Of a DNA stretch of 64,000 nt, positions 8,781 to 17,189 are shown piece by piece. Below the pieces are notes generated by a model. The model was not told the origin of the DNA. It searched no databases and saw only the letters and a program-made list of their open reading frames with translations. Within the stretch, counting starts at the first letter, position 1. Each line of letters opens with the position of its first letter. A program made the translations under genes and the position numbers. The stretch spans positions 124,001-188,000 of IMG/VR virus record IMGVR_UViG_3300046616_000314; one strand, given 5' to 3'.

Positions 8781-8944
8781 TGGTGCCGGTTGCAAGACTC
8801 GAACTCGCGACCTTCGGTTTTCCTTGATCCTCTAAGCTTTAGGCTCTCGGACCTTCAAAGGGGGAGAGACTTTCGTCTGCTCCCGCTTCAGTCAACTTAA
8901 TGACCTGTACAAAACCACTGCTCTACCAACTGAGCTAAACCGGC
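8781..8944 (-). tRNA. tRNA-Thr(UGU) with 88-nt insertion (putative intron) after position 37
   Basis: Reverse strand GCCGGTT-TA-GCTC-AGTTGGTA-GAGC-A-GTGGT-TT-TGT-A-[88 nt]-A-ACCGA-AGGTC-GCGAG-TTCGAGT-CTTGC-AACCGGC-ACCA; TATAAATA at 8963-8970 upstream. Confidence 0.88.
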
Positions 8945-8995
8945 GTACCGTTTCTATAATTATATTTATACTAAACTAATTTAGTCCTGTCAACA

Positions 8996-9238
8996 TCAAT
9001 CGACTTCGTTGCGACAAATTTTCACGATAGCCATGATGACGATGGAAACACCGAGAGCCGATACCAGTGCAATGATCGGATGGGTACACAACAACCCAAC
9101 GAATGCCAGGGCTCCGAAGAGAATCAGACCCACTAGAGCAAGTCCTACAAATAAGACTGCACCGATTGTTACGCATTCGACAGTGGATAGACGAAGGGCT
9201 TTAACAACCCGCTTGATATTTTGTAAGTTCATATCCAT
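8996..9238 (-). CDS. small membrane protein
   Basis: Two long hydrophobic segments. Confidence 0.6.
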   Translation of the reverse strand: MDMNLQNIKRVVKALRLSTVECVTIGAVLFVGLALVGLILFGALAFVGLLCTHPIIALVSALGVSIVIMAIVKICRNEVD

Positions 9239-9528
9239 TTGAGTTTAAAAAGGATTAGGGTATCGTCGTCAATGAATTCTAGGGCTAGACGCCATTCACG
9301 TCTTCCGTCTATCCCAAAATCTATAGTATCTAATTTTGGCACATATTTCAAATTTTCTTTACACCAATCGACAAAATTATCCGACAGAACAATAGCATTT
9401 GAACTGGTATGTGTTTTACCAGGGAATATTTTTGTCACGTCAACCACAAAGATGTCGTTGAACGGTGATCGCTTCTGATGATTTTCCGGCATGAACACAA
9501 AAACGGGCATTAGGTAGCTTTCAGCCAA
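9229..9528 (-). CDS. FxxEEDA-FKLKW family small protein
   Basis: WCKENL...EFIDDDTLILFKLKWI. Confidence 0.72.
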   Translation of the reverse strand: MAESYLMPVFVFMPENHQKRSPFNDIFVVDVTKIFPGKTHTSSNAIVLSDNFVDWCKENLKYVPKLDTIDFGIDGRREWRLALEFIDDDTLILFKLKWI

Positions 9529-9833
9529 TCATCGATAAAATCGGTTGCAAGGAAGGTGTCGGCGCCAAATTGGGCGTAACGCATCTTGAACATCGTTGCG
9601 TCCAGATCGGTTTCGAAACGAAGATGGAACACTTGGTTGCCGCCATTGTCATACTCTACAGTCGTCGTGGGGTATTTGATGCCCCTGCGGTCCATCCACA
9701 GTAGTACGGAGGTAATAAGATGGTATTCGCGAAAATGCTGTTTGGCTACCTCATCATAGGTCCATCGCCAGTCCAGCAATTGCTCACTACCGTTTTCGTT
9801 AGTCTCGTGAACCCTTACAACGGTATCAGCCAT
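9510..9833 (-). CDS. FxxEEDA-FKLKW family small protein
   Basis: RFETDLDATMFKMRY. Confidence 0.72.
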   Translation of the reverse strand: MADTVVRVHETNENGSEQLLDWRWTYDEVAKQHFREYHLITSVLLWMDRRGIKYPTTTVEYDNGGNQVFHLRFETDLDATMFKMRYAQFGADTFLATDFIDDWLKAT

Positions 9834-10129
9834 CAGAATTTCAACCTACAAAGCAGCATGGATTCTGCGGAGTCTAATTCAAGTAGGAGCTTACGGCAAA
9901 GCCCTTTATTGAAAATAGGTCGCAAGATTGGTGTAATTTCGTTGGCTTCACACCAACAGGTAAATTCCTCCGTCAGCCGAAATACCTCGATAACATTCAA
10001 ATGTCTACTCAGTCGCCCGCTTTTGGTTATTTTGAAGCCAGCCAAATGTTGTTTCGTGGGATCAAGTTCCCACACCTTGCTTCCAAGTTCGGATACATCC
10101 AACTCGTATTTCACAGTTTGTTTGCCCAA
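9833..10129 (-). CDS. FxxEEDA-FKLKW family small protein
   Basis: WCEAN...ELDSAESMLLCRLKF. Confidence 0.68.
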   Translation of the reverse strand: MGKQTVKYELDVSELGSKVWELDPTKQHLAGFKITKSGRLSRHLNVIEVFRLTEEFTCWCEANEITPILRPIFNKGLCRKLLLELDSAESMLLCRLKF

Positions 10130-10383
10130 TAGAGTTTGAACAGGGCTGCGCTATCGGTGTTGTCGAACACGATGAGAGGTTTCCACGTATTAACTTCCGC
10201 GTAGACCTTATTACCATCTGCCACGTGTTGGAAGGAATACCCGTTGACGCCATGCTGTTCGCACCATTTGACGAACGCTTGGGTAGGAAGAATGACGCGA
10301 TCATGTACGCGAGCCGCCCAAATTTCCCATCTAGAATTGAGAGTAAGGGCGATCTCGTTCACAAACGTTTCTCCGAAAACCAA
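10111..10383 (-). CDS. FxxEEDA-FKLKW family small protein
   Basis: WCEQHG...VFDNTDSAALFKLYW. Confidence 0.72.
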   Translation of the reverse strand: MVFGETFVNEIALTLNSRWEIWAARVHDRVILPTQAFVKWCEQHGVNGYSFQHVADGNKVYAEVNTWKPLIVFDNTDSAALFKLYWANKL

Positions 10384-10742
10384 GAAGGATAGGCGTTTAT
10401 AACACGTTTTTGAACAAATGCCATAAAATTACTACTAGAATCTCTGGAATTTCTGAACTGGAACGCTTGATCCTGAAGCGTTACTAACAGAGTGGAGTAT
10501 TCGAGTGCGATATCTTCATAGCTCGTATGGAAATCGTAGTTCTGGGTCAATACGATGATGGCAGCAATTAGATCACTATCATCCACGTGTTCGAATTCGC
10601 GGGGATCATATTCAATTTCTTTAAGAACAGCGTTCGCCAGAGCTTTGAAAGCGTTGCGATCATGTGGCTCTAAACGTTCAGAAAAACTCTCCATATGAGA
10701 ATGGAGTACACTAAGATGTTTCATACCAATACTTATTAACAA
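10359..10742 (-). CDS. hypothetical protein
   Basis: ORF embedded in the minus-strand array, lacks the family motif. Confidence 0.55.
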   Translation of the reverse strand: MLISIGMKHLSVLHSHMESFSERLEPHDRNAFKALANAVLKEIEYDPREFEHVDDSDLIAAIIVLTQNYDFHTSYEDIALEYSTLLVTLQDQAFQFRNSRDSSSNFMAFVQKRVINAYPSWFSEKRL

Positions 10743-10948
10743 AACTTCAATTTAAAATATACAATATCGTCTGGGTTAGTAAGTGTGACTTCGTATAGAA
10801 AGCTAGCAAGTTTAGATTGTCTATAGAAAGTATAGCGTTCTCTGAGAAATGCTCGAATACTAGACAAGCATTCGATTTGATCATAGAACAGAAAACGCCC
10901 CGGATCGGAGGGGCTTTCCCAAGCGCGTTCAACATCAATCATAACCAC
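10736..10948 (-). CDS. FxxEEDA-FKLKW family small protein
   Basis: TLTNPDDIVYFKLKF. Confidence 0.68.
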   Translation of the reverse strand: MVMIDVERAWESPSDPGRFLFYDQIECLSSIRAFLRERYTFYRQSKLASFLYEVTLTNPDDIVYFKLKFC

Positions 10949-11238
10949 TTCAACTTAAACAGCATGGCTTCTTCATCAGTCTCAAACCACATGGAAATGT
11001 GGTCGGGAAACATATCGTTTTGTGTGCGGCGGTTCATAGCAGTTTCGAGAAACGTCCGCCCGATTTCTCCATCACGTTTACGCTCGTTGAGCCATTCGTG
11101 AATTACGTCATCAATCATCGGATACCACAGACCATCGCGCCAGACGAACAGGAAGGCGGTTGTACACCCCGGTCCACCGTATGCGGCATGGTGGTGTTGT
11201 GGAATTTTCAGTTCATACACGTGAAATATACTCAGCAA
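10939..11238 (-). CDS. FxxEEDA-FKLKW family small protein
   Basis: WFETDEEAMLFKLKWL. Confidence 0.72.
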   Translation of the reverse strand: MLSIFHVYELKIPQHHHAAYGGPGCTTAFLFVWRDGLWYPMIDDVIHEWLNERKRDGEIGRTFLETAMNRRTQNDMFPDHISMWFETDEEAMLFKLKWL

Positions 11239-11491
11239 ATTTCAAACGGAATATGACTGCATCGTTATCCGAGACGAAACATGCGGCTGATCGAAACCGA
11301 TACGCGGCGGTAGACATGCTGCGTTCCATCGGTGATTCGTAAATAAAATCATAGCGATAATCTACGACTGCCAAATCTTCGGTTTGGGTTGCGCACCATG
11401 CTTCCATCGTCTGCCGGGCTTCGAAAGACAGAACCTTGTTTAGGATGATAGGCGTAAACCGTTTCCGATCTTTGTGCGCGTTTGGGTCCAT
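11213..11491 (-). CDS. FxxEEDA-FKLKW family small protein
   Basis: CFVSDNDAVIFRLKF. Confidence 0.72.
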   Translation of the reverse strand: MDPNAHKDRKRFTPIILNKVLSFEARQTMEAWCATQTEDLAVVDYRYDFIYESPMERSMSTAAYRFRSAACFVSDNDAVIFRLKFAEYISRV

Positions 11492-11569
11492 ATCTCACCA
11501 TACCTTAACGAAATTGAAATTGCAAATTTTCGTAGGGTTCGCTATGGTAAATCATTGATTGGAATTGAT

Positions 11570-11788
11570 ATGCTTATCTCGTTTGAAGAAATGAATGACT
11601 GCCACGAATTCACTGTGGATCACACCTTGATCGCGAAAATCGTCAAGGAACGTGTGTGCAACCATGACTATTGGGTCATCCACCCTCAAGAAGGGTTTTC
11701 GTTCCGTACTGTCGATAAGATGTCTCACCTGACAATCAAGGGTGCATTTGACATTTGCTGGAATGAATGGGTGAACTATGTGGACTGA
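11570..11788 (+). CDS. hypothetical protein
   Basis: ORF from internal ATG (MLISFEEM). Confidence 0.5.
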   Translation: MLISFEEMNDCHEFTVDHTLIAKIVKERVCNHDYWVIHPQEGFSFRTVDKMSHLTIKGAFDICWNEWVNYVD

Positions 11789-12059
11789 TCGTGACGGCAA
11801 CGAAATCGAAATCGAGACGATGAGCGACCGCTATTTGCTTAATGCGCAGCGATATGCGAAGGCGCGTCTCAAGAAAGTGCGCGAGCAACTGAAGGAAGCC
11901 CAACAGTTTTGGATGATGGTCCAGGGCGATCATGCAGAACGCGAACTTGAGCAACTGATTGAGCGTGGCGAAGATACCGTGTTCATGTTAGAAACCGGAA
12001 TGCGTAAGATGGAAGCTGTCATGCTGTCGCGCGGACTGTCACCGTTACCACAGGTCTAA
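11778..12059 (+). CDS. hypothetical phage protein with coiled coil
   Basis: WTDRDG...I..MSDRYLLN N-terminus resembling common phage hypotheticals. Confidence 0.65.
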   Translation: MWTDRDGNEIEIETMSDRYLLNAQRYAKARLKKVREQLKEAQQFWMMVQGDHAERELEQLIERGEDTVFMLETGMRKMEAVMLSRGLSPLPQV

Positions 12060-12060
12060 G

Positions 12061-12276
12061 ATGTTACATCGTATCCGACTAGGCTATGAAAAAACGTACG
12101 AATTGTCGGAATATGGCGCGCGGGGCGTGTTTAGGTATCTAACTCCCCACGTGGAAGAATGGTGTGAAGAAAACGAAGTCGATCTTCATAGCATCGAAGA
12201 CAATGACGATGACACCTACACCTTTAATTTTGTAGATAAAGACAGCGCGGCATTGTTTCGGTTCAAGTGGCTCTGA
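12061..12276 (+). CDS. FxxEEDA-FKLKW family small protein
   Basis: EEWCEEN...NFVDKDSAALFRFKWL. Confidence 0.75.
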   Translation: MLHRIRLGYEKTYELSEYGARGVFRYLTPHVEEWCEENEVDLHSIEDNDDDTYTFNFVDKDSAALFRFKWL

Positions 12277-12542
12277 TGTATGATTTAGACGTTGCTTATG
12301 ATTATGTTTTGCCGTTGGCGAGTTATGATGTTCATGCAAAAACTCGAATCATCAAGCCGCCTGTTGGCGATTGGTGCAAAGAGAATGGCATAGGCACACC
12401 TACTCTTTCTCATATCAAGGCGAACGTCAAACCGAACATGGAAGGTTCGTTTTATACGTTCACGTTTCAATCAGAAGATGATGCCGCCTTGTTCAAGTTG
12501 AAATGGCTGGCTAAAAATTTGAAGATTGACTTCGGACGATAA
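12276..12542 (+). CDS. FxxEEDA-FKLKW family small protein
   Basis: DWCKENG...TFQSEDDAALFKLKWL. Confidence 0.75.
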   Translation: MYDLDVAYDYVLPLASYDVHAKTRIIKPPVGDWCKENGIGTPTLSHIKANVKPNMEGSFYTFTFQSEDDAALFKLKWLAKNLKIDFGR

Positions 12543-12573
12543 CAGGTACATCGTGTCCGAAACGGAGATCGTT

Positions 12574-12759
12574 ATGCCTAGACTGACCAGTGCCGAGTAT
12601 CTTCGCGCCTACAAAGAAGGTCAGCAAGCTTTCGCCAACATGCTTCAGTGCAGCGATAACCCATACACCGCTCTCATGGATGACCAATTTTTCGGCTGGG
12701 AAAATGGTTGGGTTGACGATCAGCAAGCCGCCTGGGATAAACTGATAGAATCGTTTTAG
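12574..12759 (+). CDS. ribosome modulation factor (Rmf)-like small protein
   Basis: RAYKEGQQA...NPY...WENGW matches the Rmf-fold pattern; GGAG RBS. Confidence 0.5.
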   Translation: MPRLTSAEYLRAYKEGQQAFANMLQCSDNPYTALMDDQFFGWENGWVDDQQAAWDKLIESF

Positions 12760-13349
12760 TACAGACGAGATTTCTTTTTCGTATCTTTGTCTAAACGAAG
12801 TTTGGCGATCACTGCATCTTGTATTTGCTTGGCAGGCTTCCCGTCCACATAGAGTAATGGATGGTCAAAGATCGGAGAATATTGGTGTGGTCCATCAAAT
12901 TCTTCAGGATGATCAATATGATAGATGACGTGTTTCATCATTCTCTCATATTGGGTCATAACCATTTCTAAGCGAATGATATATCGACTCACGTTGTTGA
13001 TGGGTCCGATTACAAACTCTTCCGCTTCGGTATATTCGCCCTCGCGCGTGTATGGCGTAGGCTCGTAAAAACTCTTCTTCTCATCGGTGTCCCAGTAATC
13101 GACGGGCGAGATTTTGTAGTTGTGTGACAGGCGCCGTTGGTCCAGCACGAACACTACGGCTCCGAAACCATGGGCGATACGCGGGCTCCGCGACAGGCTT
13201 ACGCCATTAATGTCGTCCAAGTCCATGTTGGAATGGCTGGTTCGATCCGCCATTTTATTCTGTTTGAGAATGAGCAAAGCACCACCGAACGTCGTCCCAT
13301 GATACAGGGGCGCGTCTCGTCCTTCACATAGAATCTCATGAATAAACAT
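12756..13349 (-). CDS. ADP-ribosyltransferase-like protein, candidate capsid-packaged protein
   Basis: LYHGT...GVSLSRS...EAEEFV motif series; N-terminal MFIHEILCE leader; directly downstream of the neck gene. Confidence 0.55.
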   Translation of the reverse strand: MFIHEILCEGRDAPLYHGTTFGGALLILKQNKMADRTSHSNMDLDDINGVSLSRSPRIAHGFGAVVFVLDQRRLSHNYKISPVDYWDTDEKKSFYEPTPYTREGEYTEAEEFVIGPINNVSRYIIRLEMVMTQYERMMKHVIYHIDHPEEFDGPHQYSPIFDHPLLYVDGKPAKQIQDAVIAKLRLDKDTKKKSRLY

Positions 13350-14117
13350 TTAGCCGATTACGAAGCCATAGCCCATGTCGGAATCGATCAACTGAATGAT
13401 CTCTTGTTCCAGACGTTCCAGTTCGGATTGTGCTTCCGATTTTAGAGCGTCAGCGTTCATGGTGATACCACCTTGAGGACCGGCGAGGCTTTGGAACTTG
13501 CCACGGGCTTCAGCGATCATCAGCTTGCATTGCGCCAAGGCATAGTCACGAATCCACGGGCGAGCATATACGTCGTTGATGATGACTTCTTCAGGACGGG
13601 CGTTGTAGACGTGGACCATGATTTGCTCAACGTATGTAATCTTGCGTTGGATCGTCAGGCTCTTGGAATAGGTATCCCAAGTGTAAAGGATGTCGCGACC
13701 GAACATGCGACCAACAAGCTCTTGATATTGCATAGCAAAGTCGTAAGTGGCTAGCATACCTGCACCGCCGGTATCCATGCCACCTGGGTTGGAAATCATG
13801 TAGATGTTGTTGGTGAAAGCAAGGCTGAAGGGATCGATGGACGCGCCGCCAGCGGTGCCGCCGATGTTACGACGATACAGGGCGACGATGTTTTGAATTT
13901 CCTTCGGGAGAGTGTACTTGTTAACATCTGGTTGAGCATCGAAGAAGACGAAGCTCTCTTCAACGCTGTTACCCGAACGCTGACGATAGCGATCTAGGGC
14001 AAAGGTGATGGCAAGATTATACTCTTTATCTTCCAATTCAAGGTCAATCATGCCGCCGCCCAAACGGGTTTGAATTTCGTCAATCAATTGCGAGCGCGCA
14101 GTTACGTTATTAGCCAT
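13350..14117 (-). CDS. neck protein, T4 gp13-like
   Basis: LGGGMIDLEL, WIRDYALAQCK...KF...GGITMNAD, C-terminal FVIG pattern of gp13-like proteins; GATAAATA upstream. Confidence 0.8.
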   Translation of the reverse strand: MANNVTARSQLIDEIQTRLGGGMIDLELEDKEYNLAITFALDRYRQRSGNSVEESFVFFDAQPDVNKYTLPKEIQNIVALYRRNIGGTAGGASIDPFSLAFTNNIYMISNPGGMDTGGAGMLATYDFAMQYQELVGRMFGRDILYTWDTYSKSLTIQRKITYVEQIMVHVYNARPEEVIINDVYARPWIRDYALAQCKLMIAEARGKFQSLAGPQGGITMNADALKSEAQSELERLEQEIIQLIDSDMGYGFVIG

Positions 14118-14184
14118 GATAAATCCTCACCTTGTAAGGTATTTATCGGTTGACTTTCGTTTGGTAATTAACGAAAATACAAGC

Positions 14185-14382
14185 ATGAAACACGATTTCT
14201 CTGGCTTTCTCGGACGGGCATCGATGCCCGCTGGTTCTCGTTGCGCTTTGCGTCTGAGTAATCGACGTTTGAAGCCCGAAAACCTAAATCTGACTCGTGA
14301 TCAGATGCGTACCTATGCGAAACTTCACGGCTTACCGTACAATGGTCACGTATCTTCGCATAGGTACGGTCAGTGGCGTTGA
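14185..14382 (+). CDS. hypothetical protein
   Basis: ORF after TTGACT promoter-like sequence. Confidence 0.4.
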   Translation: MKHDFSGFLGRASMPAGSRCALRLSNRRLKPENLNLTRDQMRTYAKLHGLPYNGHVSSHRYGQWR

Positions 14383-14431
14383 CATAATTTTCGTAATACC
14401 GTAATAGTCCAGCTTCAGTCGGGAGTATTAC

Positions 14432-14641
14432 GTGTATCAAAAGTCTCAAGAAGAAATCGAACGTGGTTGTCTGAAGTCAAGTAAGATTTTTCCAATTGCG
14501 AATGAAGTGAAGGCAAGATATCTGGCGGGCGAGTCCATGACCAGTATCGGAAATAGCTATCGGCACTTGGGGGTTACGAGTGCCGCTGTCTCTGGTTTCA
14601 TCACCAAGAACAAGATCAAGCGACTAGCCCAAGCTGCATAA
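14432..14641 (+). CDS. small helix-turn-helix protein
   Basis: RYLAGESMTSIG...GVTSAAVSGFI HTH pattern; TTGACA upstream. Confidence 0.5.
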   Translation: MYQKSQEEIERGCLKSSKIFPIANEVKARYLAGESMTSIGNSYRHLGVTSAAVSGFITKNKIKRLAQAA

Positions 14642-14669
14642 GACAGATGATCTAGCCATAAATAAACTT

Positions 14670-15761
14670 ATGGCTAGATTTTCTATTTGGAACAGCGGCA
14701 ACGGACGACGCACAAAAGATTTTAGATTCATTGATCGCACGATTTCTGAATTCTTCAACGTGTCGGGTACTGCCCTCTTTATTCACCTTTATGAAGGTGT
14801 GTACGACCAAGAGGCTCAAGATGGGTCCATCATGGATGGCGGGATCACCGCTATTGAAGACCCGGTTCTAGGTGAAAATCGCGACCGCAAGTATCGCGAT
14901 GAAATCATTGAAATGCGTGGCACATATAATGTCGCGGATAACGACTTTGATATGAAGCAATTCGGTTTGTTTCTATCGAGCGATACGATCTTTATCGAAG
15001 TCCACATGAATGACATGCTCGCAATGTGCGGACGCAAGATCATCCCTGGCGACGTGATTGAACTGCCTCACCAGCGCGACGACGCGATGTTGGATGGTGG
15101 TCCAGCTATCAACAAATATTACGTGGTGGAAGATTCCAACCGGGCTTCGGACGGTTATTCCTCGACATGGTATCCGCACATTTGGCGCCTGAAGATGGTT
15201 CCGATGACGGCTACCCAAGAATTCCAAGACATTCTGGATCAACCTGCGACCGATCCATGGGGCATCAACGATGTCGCCAACGGTGTTACTATTGGTGATA
15301 TCGCTACAGGTAGTGATGGCAATGATCTCATAGACATCAACCAAGACATCTATGATATTGCGGTTGCCAACTTCCGCAATCGTAACTTCGAAACTCAACA
15401 ATTCTGGGTCAAGCCTGGGGACGAAATCACGAGTCAGAACCCATGGATTTTGGCAGGTAACGGTATTCCCCCGAATGGCTATGCTCTATTAGGTACGGGT
15501 GCCACATTCCCGATTAATCCTGACGTGGGCGACTACTATTTGCGCTCAGATTACAATCCGCCGACTTTGTTCCGTAGAACCGAGCATGGATGGAAGATGC
15601 AGGAAATCAATTGGCGTCACCAAGACTGGACGCCAGCGAGCCGCCTGTATCATGATTTCCTCAATAACAATAGGGATGCCACGTTCGACAACGACGGTGG
15701 AACAGAGAAAGAAAAGCAAGCTCTGTCGAAAGTTGTTCGCCCGCGCGCAGATTTCGAATGA
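14670..15761 (+). CDS. neck/head-closure protein, T4 gp14-like
   Basis: ENRDRKY, DMKQFGLFL..DTIFI, GRKIIPGDVIELP; CATAAATA 5 nt before ATG. Confidence 0.72.
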   Translation: MARFSIWNSGNGRRTKDFRFIDRTISEFFNVSGTALFIHLYEGVYDQEAQDGSIMDGGITAIEDPVLGENRDRKYRDEIIEMRGTYNVADNDFDMKQFGLFLSSDTIFIEVHMNDMLAMCGRKIIPGDVIELPHQRDDAMLDGGPAINKYYVVEDSNRASDGYSSTWYPHIWRLKMVPMTATQEFQDILDQPATDPWGINDVANGVTIGDIATGSDGNDLIDINQDIYDIAVANFRNRNFETQQFWVKPGDEITSQNPWILAGNGIPPNGYALLGTGATFPINPDVGDYYLRSDYNPPTLFRRTEHGWKMQEINWRHQDWTPASRLYHDFLNNNRDATFDNDGGTEKEKQALSKVVRPRADFE

Positions 15762-16291
15762 AGGATGTAGGACGCTCACTTACGAATTTGCTCCGCGAGG
15801 AAGCTAAACGCCGTCCAATCGCGGCTGATCTAGTCAATCGCATCGGTGAACTTACCGATGAGGAAATTGATACCGTGAAGGTTCCGTTGCCTTGGTATCG
15901 CAAAGCGTTGCGTGAACTTAAAAAAGAATACATGCGTGGCGATGGTCGCCACGAGGGTTTGAACAAATGGATTCTACGAAATTTCGTAGAAGGAATTGCC
16001 CCCGATCCCGTTGGTAATTTACGCCGCTGGGAACATGCCGATATGTTCATTGACATCGACCGTGGTAATCAAATCGAAGTCCGCACGGGTGAATACATTT
16101 GGTTCGACCCCAAGGGCGGTGTTTGGATTGGTACAATCTACGCCAAGGTGATTGATTACAAATTGCAACACTCGATTGATTTGGGTAGCGCAACTAAGTG
16201 GGCATACAAACAAAAATGCCGGGAACGACTTGAAGGTCATTTCCCGGCATTTGATAGTGCTAACCGTAAGGGTATTACTATCGGTCGTTAG
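15758..16291 (+). CDS. hypothetical protein
   Basis: 177-aa ORF, ATGA-coupled to the previous gene. Confidence 0.6.
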   Translation: MKDVGRSLTNLLREEAKRRPIAADLVNRIGELTDEEIDTVKVPLPWYRKALRELKKEYMRGDGRHEGLNKWILRNFVEGIAPDPVGNLRRWEHADMFIDIDRGNQIEVRTGEYIWFDPKGGVWIGTIYAKVIDYKLQHSIDLGSATKWAYKQKCRERLEGHFPAFDSANRKGITIGR

Positions 16292-16923
16292 ACCAAAAGA
16301 GTCTTCAGACGAGCAAGGTAAGCCTTGCGGTCATCTAGACCATTCGTGCCACCATTGATCTTCTTGGTGATCGAAAGAACGTCGTCCTTATCGGCGAAAT
16401 CATTCATCTTGCGATCTGTCCAATAGAGGCAGGCGGTCAGGGTTGCGATTTCGGGATCAGCAGCCTTTTCAGGAAGCTTCGCCAGATCGATACCCAAACG
16501 CTTGCCGTAGGCAACGTAGTTGAAATAGCCGGTCAATTGGAAGATACCGCGCCCGCGATACTTCGGACCCATGCCGACTTGGTTGTTACCCAAATCCTTA
16601 CGGAAGTCGTACTTCTGAAGGTAGTCATCAAAACCGTCATGGTTCGCATCCTTACCCGAACCCAACTCTTGAAGATAGCGGAAGCCGCCAGTTTCATGAG
16701 CCGCCTGGGCGATGAAGTGCGAAATACGAAGACCGGTGACGATATTGTACTTCGGGAAGTCGGCTGCGAAAGCACGTCCTAGCAGGACGCTCAACGAACC
16801 CAAATCCTTTTTGACTGAATAATTGATGATGGCGGTGAAGGTCTTAGGACCAAGATCACCATCCAAAGTACCAGGGGAGAAGCCAGCAGCCACAAGCTTC
16901 TTCTGAATTGCTAAAACGTCCAT
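16288..16923 (-). CDS. endolysin: peptidoglycan-binding domain plus glycoside hydrolase family 19
   Basis: IQKKL...DGDLGPKT binding motif; AQAAHETGGF, YRGRGIFQLTG..NY, INGG.NGL.DR GH19 motifs; AGGAG RBS before ATG 16923. Confidence 0.9.
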   Translation of the reverse strand: MDVLAIQKKLVAAGFSPGTLDGDLGPKTFTAIINYSVKKDLGSLSVLLGRAFAADFPKYNIVTGLRISHFIAQAAHETGGFRYLQELGSGKDANHDGFDDYLQKYDFRKDLGNNQVGMGPKYRGRGIFQLTGYFNYVAYGKRLGIDLAKLPEKAADPEIATLTACLYWTDRKMNDFADKDDVLSITKKINGGTNGLDDRKAYLARLKTLLV

Positions 16924-16961
16924 ATCCATACTCCTAGTTAAGTACGGATATTTAGTCTGGC

Positions 16962-17189
16962 TTAGCTTTTCAGAATGTCGCTCGCGTAAGCAGATTGGCG
17001 AGCGCGGGCATAAGCGTCCAGACCGGCTTGTTCGTAGAACTTGCCGATGGTGGCAACAGCCGGGAAATACGTCGCAAACAGCTTGGTCCAAGCTTCAACG
17101 TGCTTAGCATATTGCGCGGTGCCTTCAGCGAACAAAGCGGTTGCTTCGTCACTGAAAGTCTTGAGATCATCTTTAGTCATATTGTGCAA
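16962..17189 (-). CDS. hypothetical protein
   Basis: Helical ORF overlapping its neighbour. Confidence 0.5.
   Translation of the reverse strand: MHNMTKDDLKTFSDEATALFAEGTAQYAKHVEAWTKLFATYFPAVATIGKFYEQAGLDAYARARQSAYASDILKS

Noticed and set aside
8820-8907. tRNA insert as group I intron or hammerhead ribozyme
   Set aside because: 88 nt is too short for a group I core; CTGAAGC...GAAA does not match the CUGANGA...GAAA hammerhead core, and the GAAA is a hairpin tetraloop.
16924-17091. N-terminal extension of the endolysin in the ORF track
   Set aside because: The AGGAG RBS and late box point to ATG 16923; the extension overlaps another ORF.
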